64,000 bases of DNA from the human T2T-CHM13v2.0 reference genome, Homo sapiens: NCBI RefSeq assembly GCF_009914755.1, contig NC_060944.1; one strand, given 5' to 3'. Under the pieces are notes generated by a model. That model worked only from the letters and a program-made list of their open reading frames with translations, ran no database searches and was not told where the DNA came from. This document shows positions 1-15,670 of this stretch, one piece after another. Position 1 is the stretch's first letter; every line of letters starts with the position of its first letter. The position numbers and the translations under genes are program-made.

Positions 1-44
1 AGTTGAGTTTTTTTCCTCTTCTTTTCCCTTCTCCTCAAGTTCAT

Positions 45-49
<5 letters not shown>

Positions 50-79
<30 letters not shown>
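50..79. repeat. poly(A) tract, ~30 nt
   Basis: direct observation. Confidence 0.95.
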
Positions 80-85
<6 letters not shown>

Positions 86-434
86 GCAGCTCTGTTACAG
101 TCCTCACTGTTCTCCCAGCAATACTATGTATGAAATGCGGCTTTCTGGAATGGGCCACAGAGAAAGTAAGATAAGAGAAATATCCAAATACTACCTGTCA
201 CCACAGGGATCACCAGGACTGAGTTGACTTAGGGCCAAGAGATCTGAGCTCAAGTTTTCCACATCTATAACATGGAAATAATACTACTTGCCCCAAAAGG
301 TGATGTCACAAGAAAGTCCCTAGCACATGGTGATGCTCAAGAAATGCTCATCTCATCCTTTTTTCCCCACCTTCTGCCACACACGTGCACATGAGCTCTG
401 CCCATTCTAAAACTACAGGGGTCCTTAAGTCTAC

Positions 435-915
435 TATTTCCCAGATGCCCACTCCAACTTTCTCTACCCTGCTCTCTGTCTTGGCAGGCTAATCATTATG
501 AATCACATCAACAGGTCCCTATGACCTTGACCTCTGATTGGGTTTAGCCAATGCTAAGTCCCAGAAAGAGATCGGGGGAGGAAGGGAGAAGCGAGGGAGG
601 GAATAAAGTTGAGAATTCATTCTACTTGTGGCGTATGCATCCCTCAACCAAAATTCACTGCTCCTCTCAAGGTAGCCTCTTGACACTTGATAATGACAAT
701 CTCTTCTGGCTCCTGATAACTACTTTCATCCATTTTCATCCATTTGTCTCTTTGGAGCTAGGGGTAGTAACAGCTCCACCATCACTATAAACCCTGGTTC
801 CTGCACTATCCCTTATGGTTTTCTCTACATCCTGCCCATACCTCTTGAAGTAAACTCTCTTGGAATTATCCTAAGTTGAGAATGCCAACTTTTCCTGTTG
901 GGACTCTGACAGATA
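435..915 (+). mobile_element. Old ERVL solo LTR (LTR33-like)
   Basis: ccctgctctctg...ggcaggct..., ttgggtttagccaatg, and 3' end taaactctct...ttcctgttgggactctgacagata resemble LTR33. Confidence 0.6.
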
Positions 916-2029
916 AAGTTCTGTCTATAGAATTCCAGAATCATTTATATCTTGAATCAACACAAGGAGAATGGCAGTTCTGGGGTTTCAGATTGAGATG
1001 CACATGCAGGCAGGATCTGATAATTCTAAAATACTCCCAAGTATTGATGATTCAAAACTCCCAAGGCTAGCCTGTGTTCCCCCAATAGGCCTGAGTTGGT
1101 CCCACAGCTGAGCCATTCTCCTCAGACCCCAGAGGAATAACATCAGCTTCTAAACCCTTGGGACCCTGTGAATTGACAAGAAGTTCTAGGCACCCCCATG
1201 TTTTAAATCGTCAGTCCAGCCTCAGTCAGTGAGTCCCAGTTTTATCTCAAACTAATAAAGGTGTCCAAATTACCAATCTCTCAGAGACTGGGGGAAGGGG
1301 AAACATAGCAGCCTCGCAAACATCCCATCTTTCCTATTGTGCCATGGTTTCATGTGGAGTTAGAAAATAGAGCACAAGAATGGACTCTCCAAAACCAAAG
1401 GGTTGTGTTAGCCTCGGATGGAGTGGGAAAGAATATGAAGTAACCCCCCTACACACACCTTTCTCTCCTTTCCAATTCCCAGAGCAAGTGAGGAAATGGG
1501 GAGCTAGTTACCCAGGGTAAGTAAGTATGTAAGGCAGAGCCAGGACTGAATAAAGGCAACTGACTGCCAGTCCAACTTTAATGACAACGGCCATATTTTC
1601 TCCCATTTGGTCTGTGCTGTCCAGGTGTCCAAAGGCGAGTTAAAGGAAACACCCCTCAGTTGAGTCCTAGCCCACCATAATGTGTCAGACTTTTACTGGT
1701 TTAAGATGCACTTACAAGGTCTAGAGTGGCCCTAGTCATCCTAAGACTGAAGAACTCACAGAAGTTTCATCTATTTCTATTGAGTCTAAAGATATAGAGC
1801 TAAGGACAGCCTTAGCTGTCAGCACCCGCCATGTGCAGAGGGCTCTTCCAGATGCCCTGGTGAGTTAAAAAGAGTCATCCAATTCTTTTTTTTTTTATTT
1901 ATATTTTAAGAAGACCAGAGAAGTAAATACAAAGTACAAGAGAAAGTAACTGTACACAGAGCATTACCCAGCAGGAAGGCATTAAAGCAGCAGCATAGTG
2001 GCACATTAGGAGCTCGTTGCTCTGGGTCA

Positions 2030-2215
2030 CACTGTGACATGTGAAACATGGAGCATGCCCCAGCCTTTCCAAACCTCCATTTCTTCATCATTAAAATGAG
2101 GTCAATAACACTATCCACTATTAATGACACTACTATTAACACAGGGTTAATGATACATGTAGCAGTCCTTAGCACAGTGAGTGACATGCTATGAGGGCTC
2201 AATAAATGCTTGCTT
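2030..2215 (+). mobile_element. MIR fragment
   Basis: cctccatttcttcatcattaaaatgagg...cttagcacagtgagtgacat...ctcaataaatgct. Confidence 0.7.
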
Positions 2216-3391
2216 TTATAATCAGACCAAACTGAAGTTGGTTAAGTCTCCTCTAGCTGGAAATCAAATTCTACAGCCTTACTGGCATCTTACCTGCACC
2301 CTAGGGCTTAAAAGCCTTTGTTTACTTTTAGAGGAAGTATATTACAATATTAACAAATGTAACAAAACATAGCAGTAAAACTATGCTAGTAAGATCACTG
2401 AGCTAGAAATACTTCATTGAATAGATGTTTTAGAACCTACATTCAGAGGGGAGTTCCATGAGAGTGGGTGTCAGCCAGGAGTAAGTTTAGTAAGGGACTG
2501 AACCATTAAAATGCTAACAAAACCTCAGGATAATTCATTAGGATCACAATATGCAGACTAAGGAGGAAGTTTACATCTGAAGAAACCAGGGATCCAGAAT
2601 CTGAAGAGAGGGACTTGGGAGATGAAAGTGAAGAAAGCTTCTTCAGGTACTTGAAGGGTTGCATATGTTATATATGATGGGAAAGACTAAGGAAGTCCAG
2701 TGGGTCAAGAGTCCCAGGACAAATATTGTGGCTTCCTATGAGGAAGACTGTTCTTGTGCTAACCAAGAGGTGTCCCCCCTACGTAAGATGATGAGTTGGC
2801 ATCTCACCAGTGGGCATACTGGAAAACCCTGTGGTCACTTCCTACCTGAAAGTCTGCAATCCTAATGTCTTATTTGGACACCAGAAATAAACATAATTGG
2901 GAATCAATAGAGTGCAGCTCCTATGTGCCAGCATTTCTCACCCTGCTAACAACAAAACCTTCAGAGAATAATATAACAGCTCAAATTTAGTCTGCTATTA
3001 CATTTACTTGGGCAGTCTTATTCCATTTGAGAGGCATTCTAGTTAAAGGTAAATAACAACTCTATAATGTTTTTTCTTAAAGATAAATTAATCAGCCCAA
3101 CACTATATCAAAAAAGGCACAAGGATAATCTGTCACATGATTTTGAGTAATTATGCTAAGGGTTTCATTTAATCAAAGGCATCATTGCTTTTTTGCTCTG
3201 CTAGGCTCAGAAAACTAAACATTGAAAAAAATCAAGAAATATTCTAAAAATCACAGCCACTGAGAAGAAAGTGATTCAACATTATATTTTCTTTGTTCCA
3301 CCTGCCAAAAATGATAGAGTGAATTTGGAGCTGAGAAAGACAAAAAGAAAAAATTCAAGAGTAGAAAAAGACATATGAAAGACAAGCATGA

Positions 3392-3706
3392 GGCTAGGTG
3401 CGGTGGCTCATGCCTGTAATCTCAGCACTTTGGGAGGCTGAGGCAGGTGGATCACTTGAGGTCATGAGTTCGAGACCAGCTTTGCCAACACGGCGAAACC
3501 CTATCTCTACTAAAAATACAAAAATTAGCCAGGCATGGTGGCAGGCACCTGTATTCCCAGTTACTCAGGAGGCTGAGGCAGGAGAATCGCTTGAACCTGG
3601 AAGGCAGAGGTTGCAGTAAGCCAAATATTACACCACTGCATTCCAGCCTGGGCGACAGAAGGAGAAGAAGGAGACTCTGTCTCAAAAAAAAAAAAAAAAA
3701 AAAAAA
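3392..3706 (+). mobile_element. AluS
   Basis: Full dimer, A-tail, TSD caagcatga. Confidence 0.95.
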
Positions 3707-4979
3707 GCCAAGCATGAGAGTTTAGTGACATTAACCACCCAAAACCTTCCTGAAACTCCAGATGTATGATTTGTATACCTAAGCATATAGTGCAGTCTCC
3801 ACCCGCGTTTTCTTTTTCTTTCACCACAATGAGTTGGGTAGCAGGAGAGAAGGATATAAAGGCAGAAGCTCATCTTTCATTCAGTCTATTTGCTGCCTTT
3901 GACGGCTATCACAATTCAGCACACAAGAATGTTAGTGCTCATCACCATGGAGGCAATTGTAATGTCAAACCCAGAACTGTGGAATCACAAAATATGAGAC
4001 ACATGTAACAGGCTTTGGGATGGGAGGGTAGGAGTGGAGATCCAAATTACCAGGCAAGAAATTCAAGGCTTCAGAAGCCCTTTTGAAGCAATTCAGATTC
4101 TTAGTCATTTTTTTTTCCTTTCAGAAAATTGAGACACTGATTATTTCTAGTTAAATTAATCTGTTCATAGAATATATTATACCAGAATTCCAGCCTTCAG
4201 ACCCAGTGAGAAATGAATGCACTATTAAAGGATATACAATCAAGTATAGATACCTTCATTATAAAGTGTGGCTTTCACCTGAACTGGAGAAAGCAATCTT
4301 TGTCCTAGATCACGCAGTATTTCATTGTAACTCTATCCCTCAAGCACTACTAGACTGGGGAGACAAGTCAACAGGGTGCTAAGTGCTATCACAGAGGTAA
4401 TCTACTTTATGCTCCAGGAGAAATGGAAAAGGAGAAGTGGCACCTACCCAGCCCGAGGGGTCAGAGAAGGCTTTTGGAGGAGGGGCACCTGAGACGAAGC
4501 TGGAAAGGCAAGTAGTGTTGGCCTAATGGGCAGGATAGGGTTTATTCTATGCAGAGGGGCACAGGGGAAGCCAGGAGGACCAACTGGAAACCCAGAAGAC
4601 TGGGGAATGCTAACATTTCAGGGCTGGCCTAAGGACTTGGGGACCAGAAAGGGGCCACAGAATGATGGGTCAGAAAGACAGACGGGCCAGAAAGACAGAA
4701 GGGCTAAGGAGGAGGGCCTTTCAAGGCAGAAGTCGCTCACAGTGTGAAGGAACGCAAACCAAGTCAGACAAGGGCTAAAAGGCCTAGACTTAGGTAACCA
4801 CAAAGGGCCTAAGGTGCCCTTTGCCTGAGACATTTCAGGGAAGTAAGTGGCAGTGACAGAGGCCAGAGTACAGAGGGTTAAATTGCAGGAGGTGAGGAAG
4901 TAGAGACCATGGATAAGGCTACTCGCAGGAAGCCTGGCTAAGAACAGGGAGTGAGCTAACAGGAAATACTGGATCAAAT

Positions 4980-5360
4980 TGTATTTTCCAGCCTGAACCT
5001 CTTCTTTAAGCTCCAGACTTTCATCTCCTCTTGAATTCCTCCTTTTCCCCCACCGACTACACTCAATTTATATTCTGGCCTCCCCACTACCCATTCTCCA
5101 TACAACAGTCTGGGTGGTCTTTTTAAACTATAAATCAGGCCATCATACCACCCCATACTCAAAATATACAATGGCTTCTCACTGACCTTAGAATAGAATC
5201 TTAATGCCTTGCTATGCCCTGTAAGTTCTTGAGTGATATGGGACCTGCTTTGCGCTCCAGTATCTTCTCATACACCTCTCCTCCTCTTAGTCTTGTACCA
5301 ACCTGGTCTCCTTTCAGTCCTTGAATTCATTAAGAACAGTCCTGCCTTAGGATTTTTGCC
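4980..5360 (+). mobile_element. L2 fragment
   Basis: ccattctccatacaacagtc...tttttaaactataaatcaggccatcatacc...caatggcttctcactgaccttagaata typical of L2 3' region. Confidence 0.65.
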
Positions 5361-5363
5361 CTT

Positions 5364-5549
5364 CCTCCTTTACCAGGAACCAGTCCTAGGCCCCCAAGCC
5401 CTTCCCAAGCTCTGTCCATCGAGGCAGGAGCCTCTTCATTCCCTCCTGTGTTTGCACAGGTCCTGCCTCACCCTTCTCAGAGCTCCCTCCACCATTTTGT
5501 GCAAATAAACACCCACACACCCCAAAATCACCTCCCATCCAGCAGATGC
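5364..5549 (+). repeat. Diverged direct repeat, copy 1 (partner 6226-6418)
   Basis: Colinear similarity over ~190 bp, e.g. ctttaccaggaac.agtcctaggcccc, gaggcaggagc, caggtcctgc, gcaaataaacacccacacac. Confidence 0.9.
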
Positions 5550-5585
5550 AGGCAAAGGGTGAGTTACCTATAAAGGAACAGGCCA

Positions 5586-5938
<353 letters not shown>

Positions 5939-6225
5939 TCAACTTCTTCAGAGCCCAGGTTTTCCAGCCCTCCCAGTGGGATGTTTCCTGGGTCTCACTA
6001 GTAGGGGCTTTGATGTCAAAAGACCCAGGCCCTAGCTCATTTCTCTGCTGCCAATTAGTTGTGTGCCCTTTATCAAGGCACCACTGCATCAATTTTCTTA
6101 TCCTAAAAAAGATAAACAGTGTCTCCCTAGCCTTTAAGAAGCTCACCACAAAGGTGTACTAACACCCCAGTTCTCAGCTCCCTCTTCCCTGACCCAGGGA
6201 CCTCTCTCCCACCTTTGCATCACTT

Positions 6226-6418
6226 GCCTTCTTTACCAGGAACAAGTCCTAGGCCCCTTGGCCCTTCCCGAACTCTGCCCATAGAGGCAGGAGCTTCTCC
6301 ATTCCCTCCTGGGGTTGCGCAGGTCCTGCACCTCACTCTTCTCAGAGCCACCTCAACCATTTTCTGCAAATAAACACCCACACACACCCAATTCACCACC
6401 TATCCAGTAGACAGATGC
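6226..6418 (+). repeat. Diverged direct repeat, copy 2
   Basis: See 5364-5549. Confidence 0.9.
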
Positions 6419-6529
6419 CTATTCTCAACCATCTCTCTTTTAGCCTTGGTCACTAGCTCCTATCCTAGGCCTGGTATACAAAAGCCTCCCAATCATGCCC
6501 TCTCACTCTCTTCTCCAACACTGCTGGCA

Positions 6530-6715
6530 GGCCACTGACACCCAGGGCAACCTGGAAACCATGGTTTGAAGATGGCAGAGCATCATTAGTCTGGGCCCCC
6601 TCCATCCCCACAGGTGACTGGATTTTAAATGAGCACAGAAATGTCTACTGTTTTAAGCCACTGAAGTTTCTGCAGGGTTTATCTATTACAGTAGCTAGTG
6701 TTTCTCTACACAATA
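6530..6715 (+). mobile_element. MLT1 (MaLR) LTR 3' fragment
   Basis: tgttttaagccactgaagttt...gggtttatctattacagtagcta. Confidence 0.6.
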
Positions 6716-8321
6716 CAGGCTGAATTAAAATGGCAGCTGGAGAGAAGGGAGAGGACTCTAGTGGTAATGAAGAAAGCCTGGAGCTAGGATTAGGCATAGC
6801 CTGACGACCATCTCCATTTCTGTATTACTTATCCTCTTCAAAGTACTTTAAAATATGTTTTCTCATTTGACACACTTTCATCAATACTATTGTTATTAAC
6901 AATTCACAAATGAAAAAAATGGACTTAGTGAAGTTAAGGTATGTCCAAGATCCCATAGCTGATAAGTGGCGAAGCCAAACTGGACACAGGACCCCTGACT
7001 CTTAGTCTAACAGCATCTTCCCTGCAGCATCTAATCTCTCAAAGCCACATTCTAGTGCCACATCAGACACACTGAACTAAGGTACAAGGGTGCTAGAATG
7101 AAACAAAAAGGATAGGTAGTCCAGTAGAACTGATAAAAGGCAGATTGTGGAGGTCTTCGTAAATATCAGACTGTGGAGTATAACTTTTATTCAAAACACA
7201 ATGAGAAGCAAAAATCAACTCCCACTTCCAAGCTCCACACAGTAATTTTATATTTTACCTGCCTTCAAAGACCTTACTGCATCATCTACCCTTGGCTATC
7301 AGTGGATACCAATGCTCCACTTTACACAAAAAAATAGAAGCTTTTACAAGGGCAAAAATTCCAGCCCCTTGCCTTCTATAGACTTCTCTGTATCCCCAAA
7401 TAGCCTTTCCTCTTTCCACACAGTCAAATGAAACAGGCACTCCTCCTCTGGCAATGCTACTGGCCATCTCCTGTGCATGCCCCTCCATCCACAGAAGAGA
7501 CCCTGTTCAAGCACTTATCCTTTCTCTTCCTGAATCTCTGATTTTTTTCCTTTCTCCTGGCTCCTCCTTTCCTCGGCCTCTGAACATGCTAGAGCCCCTC
7601 TCATCCTAAAATCACCCCTTCCTTGGGAAGCCCATAGCCCCCTCTTATCCTCACACTTCCTAGCTGAGCTCTTTTAAGCATCAGCAGTGAAAATGCATCT
7701 CTACTTCATTACCATGGATTCTCTACTCCACCCCCACCCAAGGTAATGTGGTGGTGGGATGCTGAAACATTCACCTCCAGTGATACCTCTTAAGAGCTAA
7801 ATCCAATGGACAACTTCCAACATTTCTCTTACTTTACCTTTTCATGGCACTTAACACTGCTGTACTCCCACCTTCTTGAAATTATCCCCTGCCTTAGTTT
7901 CCATGGCCCCATTCTCTCTTGATCTTCCCCCTGTCTGTCTACTCCTACTTGGTTTCCAGTATAGTCTCCTCCCCTCTGCCTCCTCACTAAATGTTGGTAT
8001 TTCCTGGGGTTCCATCTTTATACTTCCTCTTACTCTACATACTATACTTTCTGTTTGAAATCATCCACAGATATAACTTCAACTGACAGCTACACACTGG
8101 AGACTTCCACAGTGTGTAGCTGTGGAAGTGTAGCTATATCTCCACAGTCCAGACCACTCATGTGAGCTCTCCACAATCTGGCTACACGTGCCTGCCAGTA
8201 TTTCCACCTGGATTCCATGGGTGGAATTCCAGCTCAAACTCAACATGGCTAAAACCACAGCAAGCATCTTGTTTACCATGCTTATTCCTCTTCTTACTGC
8301 ATCCATAAGGAGAGCATTTAT

Positions 8322-8540
8322 TATTGTCTCAGTAAGGGCTCTACAGAGAAATAGAACCAATATGAAACAACTATATATATGTGTGTGTGAATGGATATCT
8401 GTATGAATACACAGTCATACTCACACACTAAGATTTATTTTAAGAACTGGCTCACGCAATTGTAGGGCTGACAAGTCTTAAATTTTGGGCAGACCAGCAG
8501 GCTAGAAATGGAGGCAAGAATTGCTGTTGCAGTTTTGAAC
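8322..8540 (-). mobile_element. MLT2 (ERVL) LTR fragment
   Basis: agggctctacagagaaatagaaccaata...gatttattttaagaactggctcacgcaattgtagggctgacaagtc. Confidence 0.75.
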
Positions 8541-9039
8541 TCCCCTACTCGAACAAGTACCCAGGAGACAGGTACTCTCCTCTATATCCCCAGCATCTTA
8601 CACAGACTTGACACACAGCAGAAGCTCAGAAAGTGTTGGCTAATGGCCAAGTGGGTATAAAGTGAGATGTTATTAAATGAGAATGGGACAATAGGATGAA
8701 TCATCATGGGGAAGAATCAAGACTTGACCAAGGACTATGTTACAAATCAAGACATAGCCCTTCTGGGGCATTCATTTGCCAGAATTACCGCATCACTACA
8801 CCCATGACTGAACAAGGACCATTACACAGATAGAAGCATATCCATTCAATACTATATTTGAATGTCTCAACAACCCTGTTAAGTTGGCATGGCAAAGAAA
8901 AGGTCACATTTTATGAGTAAAATTGAGGTTCAAAGATTAAGGGTCTTGTCTAGGTTGCTACAAAAAATACCTACAACGAAATGTCTTAGTTGTTCAGTGA
9001 TACGCAAGGTAAGAGGGAACATTAAAACAACAGAAAGTT

Positions 9040-9693
<654 letters not shown>

Positions 9694-12600
9694 CTACTAT
9701 TTACAAAGAATACTTTTTATTATAACTATTGTTCTGATTTTTGTACTATATTGTGGTATGTATTGTATTATTAGAATTATATATCCATTGTTGTAATAAA
9801 AAATTTCTGGTTATATAGTAAATATCCAGAAGCACTGTTTTCTGAAATAAAGCCAATATGTATTAAATCTACGACTTTAAAGATAACTATATAGCCCTAG
9901 GTACCACCTAAGTAGCTGGTTTCCTTATTTATTAATATACATTAGAATTAGTGAAATGTTAATATTCAGTTCAAGCATTGTATTTGGGGATGCGACGCAT
10001 TCTCTGAAGCCACAGAGAAGTGAAAATACTCCATTAGTCATTCTTGTTAAAGAAGACACGGCTGATTACTCCCAACTATATTTGCATATATAGTAACTTG
10101 ACCTTTGCAAAGCTCTTTTCTACGTGGTCTCATCCAGTCTTAGAAAAATCTTATAAGCCAGGGCAAATCCTTTTTATTTTACTTGACAGAAAATAGGGTC
10201 AAATGCTTAAGGTCATGTAATTGATAAAAGGCAAAAGTGGGACTAGACACCAGGCCTTTCTTCCCCAAAGCCTACAGTCATTCTATAAAGCTCTCATGGC
10301 TTTCTGGCCATAGGTCCACTAGACTGTGAGTACCACAGAAGACCATGTCTGATTTGCTCTCCATTGGTGTCCAGCATAGTATCTGACACATAGTAGTCAC
10401 ATAATAAGTATGTTATTTGGTGAATTACTGAAATCATTTTCTTAAGTGGCTTTAGTTACCTGTATGGTAAAATGGGGCCTATAGCATTGCCAAATATCTT
10501 GGCTTTTTAAATGGTATTGTCATTATCAGGAATAAACAAAAAGGAAATGCTATCTTCTGTGAACTATATATGTTGATTCCCAAGGGGATCAAAATTCTGG
10601 GCCAGGGCCCCATTTCAGCACAAAAGGTAGCAAGTAGTATGTTTTTCAGCTTCCTGGAAAATTAAGAGTTGAATGGAGGGGTCAAGTGGAAGAGCCTTAA
10701 CATGGGAAAGGAAAAATTGAATGCAAGATTTCAGGCATAACGATGACCACCTACAAGGCTAGCACAATGGTCCAGCTATAGCTAACCTACCATGGCAAGA
10801 AATGGGCTTGCCAAAGGAGTGTGAACTCATCCAGAGAGTACACACACCAGTGAGAGAGAATCCACTCCATGGCAGGAAGACATAGCTTTGAGGTAGGCCA
10901 AGCCCAGGAACCAAGTGTGCAAAGGTCTAGGGCAGAAAGAGCCACTCTGGACATGGCTTCACAGGCTTTCTGTAAAACCATCTGTGCTTAGCCACCTAGA
11001 GCAAGGCAGAATGAGGAGCAGCTGACCTCCTTTGGTTTACTGTGGCCAACCCCACAGGGATCTACCGACCACATTGACAACCACCCCAGAGAAAGATACC
11101 CAGAAATGAGATGGTGAGTATTCAAAAGTCCTGTTAACCTGGCAGACTATTCATTTCCTATGAAGGTCTCATTAACATCATTTAGAGCTCTATTTTCCCT
11201 CCATTTTAAACCATATATTCAAACATATACATCCCATTATCATTCTGGTTTTCTATTCACTACCATACCACTATATATCCCATTCTTTCAGATCTCTACT
11301 ATGATCCCAAGATCATTTTCAGCTATGCTTCCATAAAAGCCCTTCTCCACCAAATATTCCTTAATGCATCACACATTAATTACAGAAACAAGGTATCCAA
11401 AGCAATTGAGTCATTTCAGATAACTGAAGGCTAATTCATTAAGCACCATGTTGTAGTCTTGCTAAAATAAATGATGCCTTAGTAAACATAAAATATCAAA
11501 TGTAATTTACTAGTTCCAAAATTTTACTCAAACTTCAAGATCCAGTCTGAATACAAACATTCCCTTAAAGCAACCTCCAATCTCCTCTTGCCACCTCCAT
11601 CCACCACTAGAAATAACCTCTCTTTCATCTGTGATCCTATAACATTTTGATTATATCTCCTTCACAGCACATAGCATGGTCTGCTTGAGGTTAGAGATCT
11701 AAATGCACCTCGACTTTTTAAAAAGTTCCTTGAGGACATGGACCCTCTTTTCAACTAAGGTACCTAGTTCACAGCAGGAATACAAACACTTCACAAGATG
11801 AATACCTTTAGTGACTTAAACATTATAAAGAGCACCGTAATACAGCAGAGCCTGCAAGGGTTCCTGAGCTCTGACGGGAGGAAAAGTGTGACATTAAAGA
11901 ACATATTATCACCATCACACTGATCGGTTGAGTATTCCTCAGCTTTAGAAGAAAATGTTTTTCTAAAAGGGAACAATACTCTGAATTCCTTTTTTTCTCT
12001 AAAATGGAATCACTTTTTACAAATCTCAACTTGCAAAATGAAAGTTCTGGTTGAAATGGCATTGCTAATCCTCCACGGCCACATTTTCTAGGCCTCATGA
12101 TGTACATTTGACTAGCTCCCTGTAGTTCACTGAGGAGAGGAGACAGTGACTGGAAGGATGTGGTAGGTGACTGGAATGCAACTGAGGTGCTGCTATTCAC
12201 CAGTTTGAAAGCCAGCCTTCTCAGTCCAAGAGGAAATAAGAAATGGAACACATGATTGAGCAAATCAAGTTTTAGGCTCAAGGTCCATAGCAACCACTTC
12301 AACAGTGCTGACAACATTCTTTTCCCAAAGCTTTAGTGTTTGGGTATGATAAACCAGGTGGTATAGTGTTAAGTAATCTAAACAATGCAACTCAAATTCA
12401 GAACCTCTTTAATAGCAACAGGGGGAGTGTAAGTGGTCAGCCAAGAATGACTAACTCCAAGTTCCCTCGTGAGCAGCTATTCTTTTGCAGGATTCCTCTC
12501 CTTGTCATGGAAAGAATTTTCCCAGGGAAAATAGGGAGAATGGGGCAGTAAGGCTACCAGTATCATAATATTAAATATCTAATCATATAGACAACCCCTT

Positions 12601-13129
12601 GGGGATAACAACTGTTCTTAACTTTGGCTTGTTGAGTAAAACTTTGTTTTTAAATCCAGTATCTTCAGAGACAGAATTGTGCACATAATTTTACAAATAC
12701 CTAAAGCACTAAGCATGCTGGTTTATGACGGAAAGCTTTCTAAATTGCACAACTTCCTTCTCAGCCTTTCTGAACAAACTAAACCCTAATTCGACCTATT
12801 CCTGTTGAACATGATAACAATTATAATCAGTTGATGTATTCAGAGACCACCGAGGCAAACAGGTTATGTTTTTCTCTATAATAAATGTCTCCAAACAGCT
12901 ATACTTTGAATTATTTTATAGAGCATTTCTGTTTCTGTCATTACTAGCTGTCCCTTCCTGCTGTTGTCAGTGTGTTTGCCTCTGATAGAGCATTCTTAGT
13001 TCACTGTTTCTGATATCAGATGTATCAGGAAAGCCAAACTCTTAAGTGTCATGGGCTAAGGTTCCCTCCCACCAGTCCCACCTTCTTCAGACCCAGGCAA
13101 TAGGCTTCCAGATGCCATGTTCTTAATCA

Positions 13130-13320
13130 CTACAGCTGCATTTCCCAAACTTGCCTAATTATAAAGAATTACCAAGTGGGGAGGGTGTTAAAAATACACA
13201 TTCTCAGTCTCCTCCTACTAAAGACTGTAGTTCAGTGGGCCCGGGATAGAGCCTGGAATCTGTTTTTTTAACATACATCCTCACATGATTTTCATGAACA
13301 CGTTTAGAAACACAATACTA
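13130..13320. mobile_element. MER5-family hAT DNA transposon
   Basis: tttcccaaacttgcc...gttaaaaatacacattctcag...gagcctggaatctgttttttaac. Confidence 0.65.
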
Positions 13321-14603
13321 CATGCCTCTAGTGCTGCCCTCTTGAATTGGGATTCCTTCAGAAGTATAATGAACCTGGGCCATGGCCGACTCCTTCCTGA
13401 GAGACCTGGCAACCAATAAACCTTCCAGGTCACTACTTTTCCATCTCCCTCGGGTAAAATCCCCTGATCCTTTCAGATTCCTGCAGGGTAACCACAACAT
13501 CTCATTGCTGGGATCTCCAACCCCACCCCATTTGCTGAAGATTCGGCCCACTTTCCTTTTCTCCATCCTAAATATCCTACAATCCTTCTGATGGCTTCTC
13601 TGACCACACAGATGGCTGAAACAACTCTCCAGCCTCTCAGTTACTTGACCTCCTTGAATTCAGCCTTCTTCACTGAGTTCACTTCATTTCAGTCACTTAT
13701 ATCTGTAGCAAAACACAGGAATCTGTCATGCCCAGTAATTAATTGCTCCAACTCTGAAATCTTCCACTCATGCGTCCCTCTCTAGCCACATCCTATTACT
13801 CCATCACTCCACACACCCATTCCTTGACTTCAACAACACTGGTCCTTTTCTCCTCCCCATCTAGCCTAGATACCTTTAGCTATCACGTTAGTCACCCCCT
13901 GGCCAATATCCCAGTTCCTCTGCTCCACTGTCTTTCTGCCACTCACCCCAGCAAACCCCAACCCTGGCTCAATCCAACTATATGCCTTCTTTGCTCCTAA
14001 AACCAGGCAGCTGAATGCTACCAGTGCCCCAGTTAATCCATGGTCCTATCTCAGTGGAGCCCTGCATACTGCCTGGAGATCATGGACATTGTCTCAGGTT
14101 CATTACCCACTCTTCTTGACCTCAATGGTATGTCAAACCTTGTTTTCCTCTGACCTCTTCCCATTTATTCTTAGCAGACCTCACCTCTATTTCACAGAGA
14201 TGATAACCACCACCAGACTTGGCACTTGCTCATAAGGCATCCCACCAGAAAATATAACTGTGCCCAGATATTCCAACATGCGAGCTGTCAAGCCCATTAT
14301 GCTTAAACTGAGTCTACTGTTCACTTGGTTATTTGAAATAAACTCCCTGGTGGTAAGCATTACTGACGTAAACAGTATGCTGGTGAATATCTTTCTAGTG
14401 CAAAAAAATAAAATAAAATAGTATAGCCAGCTTCTTGAAAGATCTCTCTACCCTGAGAATACTTCTAAAGATGGGGAAGAGGTTTTTTTTTTTTTAAAGA
14501 AAGCTATCTTACTTCACAAGCATTTAACAAGCACAAATCCAAACATACGTTGTCATACATCAATAGAATAATTATAAATCCCAACCCAGATAGTTAATTC
14601 TGA

Positions 14604-14907
<304 letters not shown>

Positions 14908-15049
14908 AATTCTCTGATAATTTTTATAAATTCAAAACTACGGTCAGTGAAAGAACACTAAGTTAGTTATTGTCTGTCATTCACTCTTATCCAAACTCTA
15001 AATTGTTGATGAGTTTACAAGTCTTTTCTTGAGGATTTTTTTTTCTCCT

Positions 15050-15670
15050 TATAATAGTAATAGCTAACATTGATAGTTTTTTGTGTATAATTCTGCTCCT
15101 CAAAAGATCCTATGAGATAAGAACTATTATTTTTCTCCATTTACAGCTGAAAAAACAGACTTAGACATGTAATTTTCCTAAAGGCTTACAGCTAGAAAGT
15201 GGCAAAGGTAAAATTAGAACACAGAGCCTGAAAGCAAACTATCTATATGCTTTGGCATAGTGGTTATTAACAGAAGCTTCCCAGGAGAATATAACATCCT
15301 AACCCAAGTGTTCTTATTTTTAATGCTCTCATACATGCTTAGAAAAACAAGAGAAACCATCAGGGATTAATATTGCAGCATATTTCATATTCATTCATTC
15401 CTGCATTCATATCAGAAGGCAGTAATGAATAAGGGGGAAGGTTCTAAAGTCACATCACATAGATTAAAATCCTAATTCCACCATATTCTTAGCTATGTAA
15501 CTTTAAACATTACTTAAATTCTCTAAGTTCAATTTTCTCAACTAAAAAAACAGAAGTGGTAATATAATTACCATCATCACCATACTGGGTTCTCCCGAAG
15601 ATTTAGAGATAATGTGTGAACACACATAGCAATGGACCTGGTACATACGAATTCTCGAAAAAAGTAGCTA
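15050..15670. mobile_element. Two MIR fragments in opposite orientations
   Basis: ctccatttacagctgaaaaaacagactt and acttaaattctctaagttcaattttctcaactaaaa cores. Confidence 0.6.

Noticed and set aside
11823-12317. 164-aa minus-strand ORF in ZHX3 intron
   Set aside because: No zinc-finger or homeodomain similarity, no clear exon boundaries; compatible with chance
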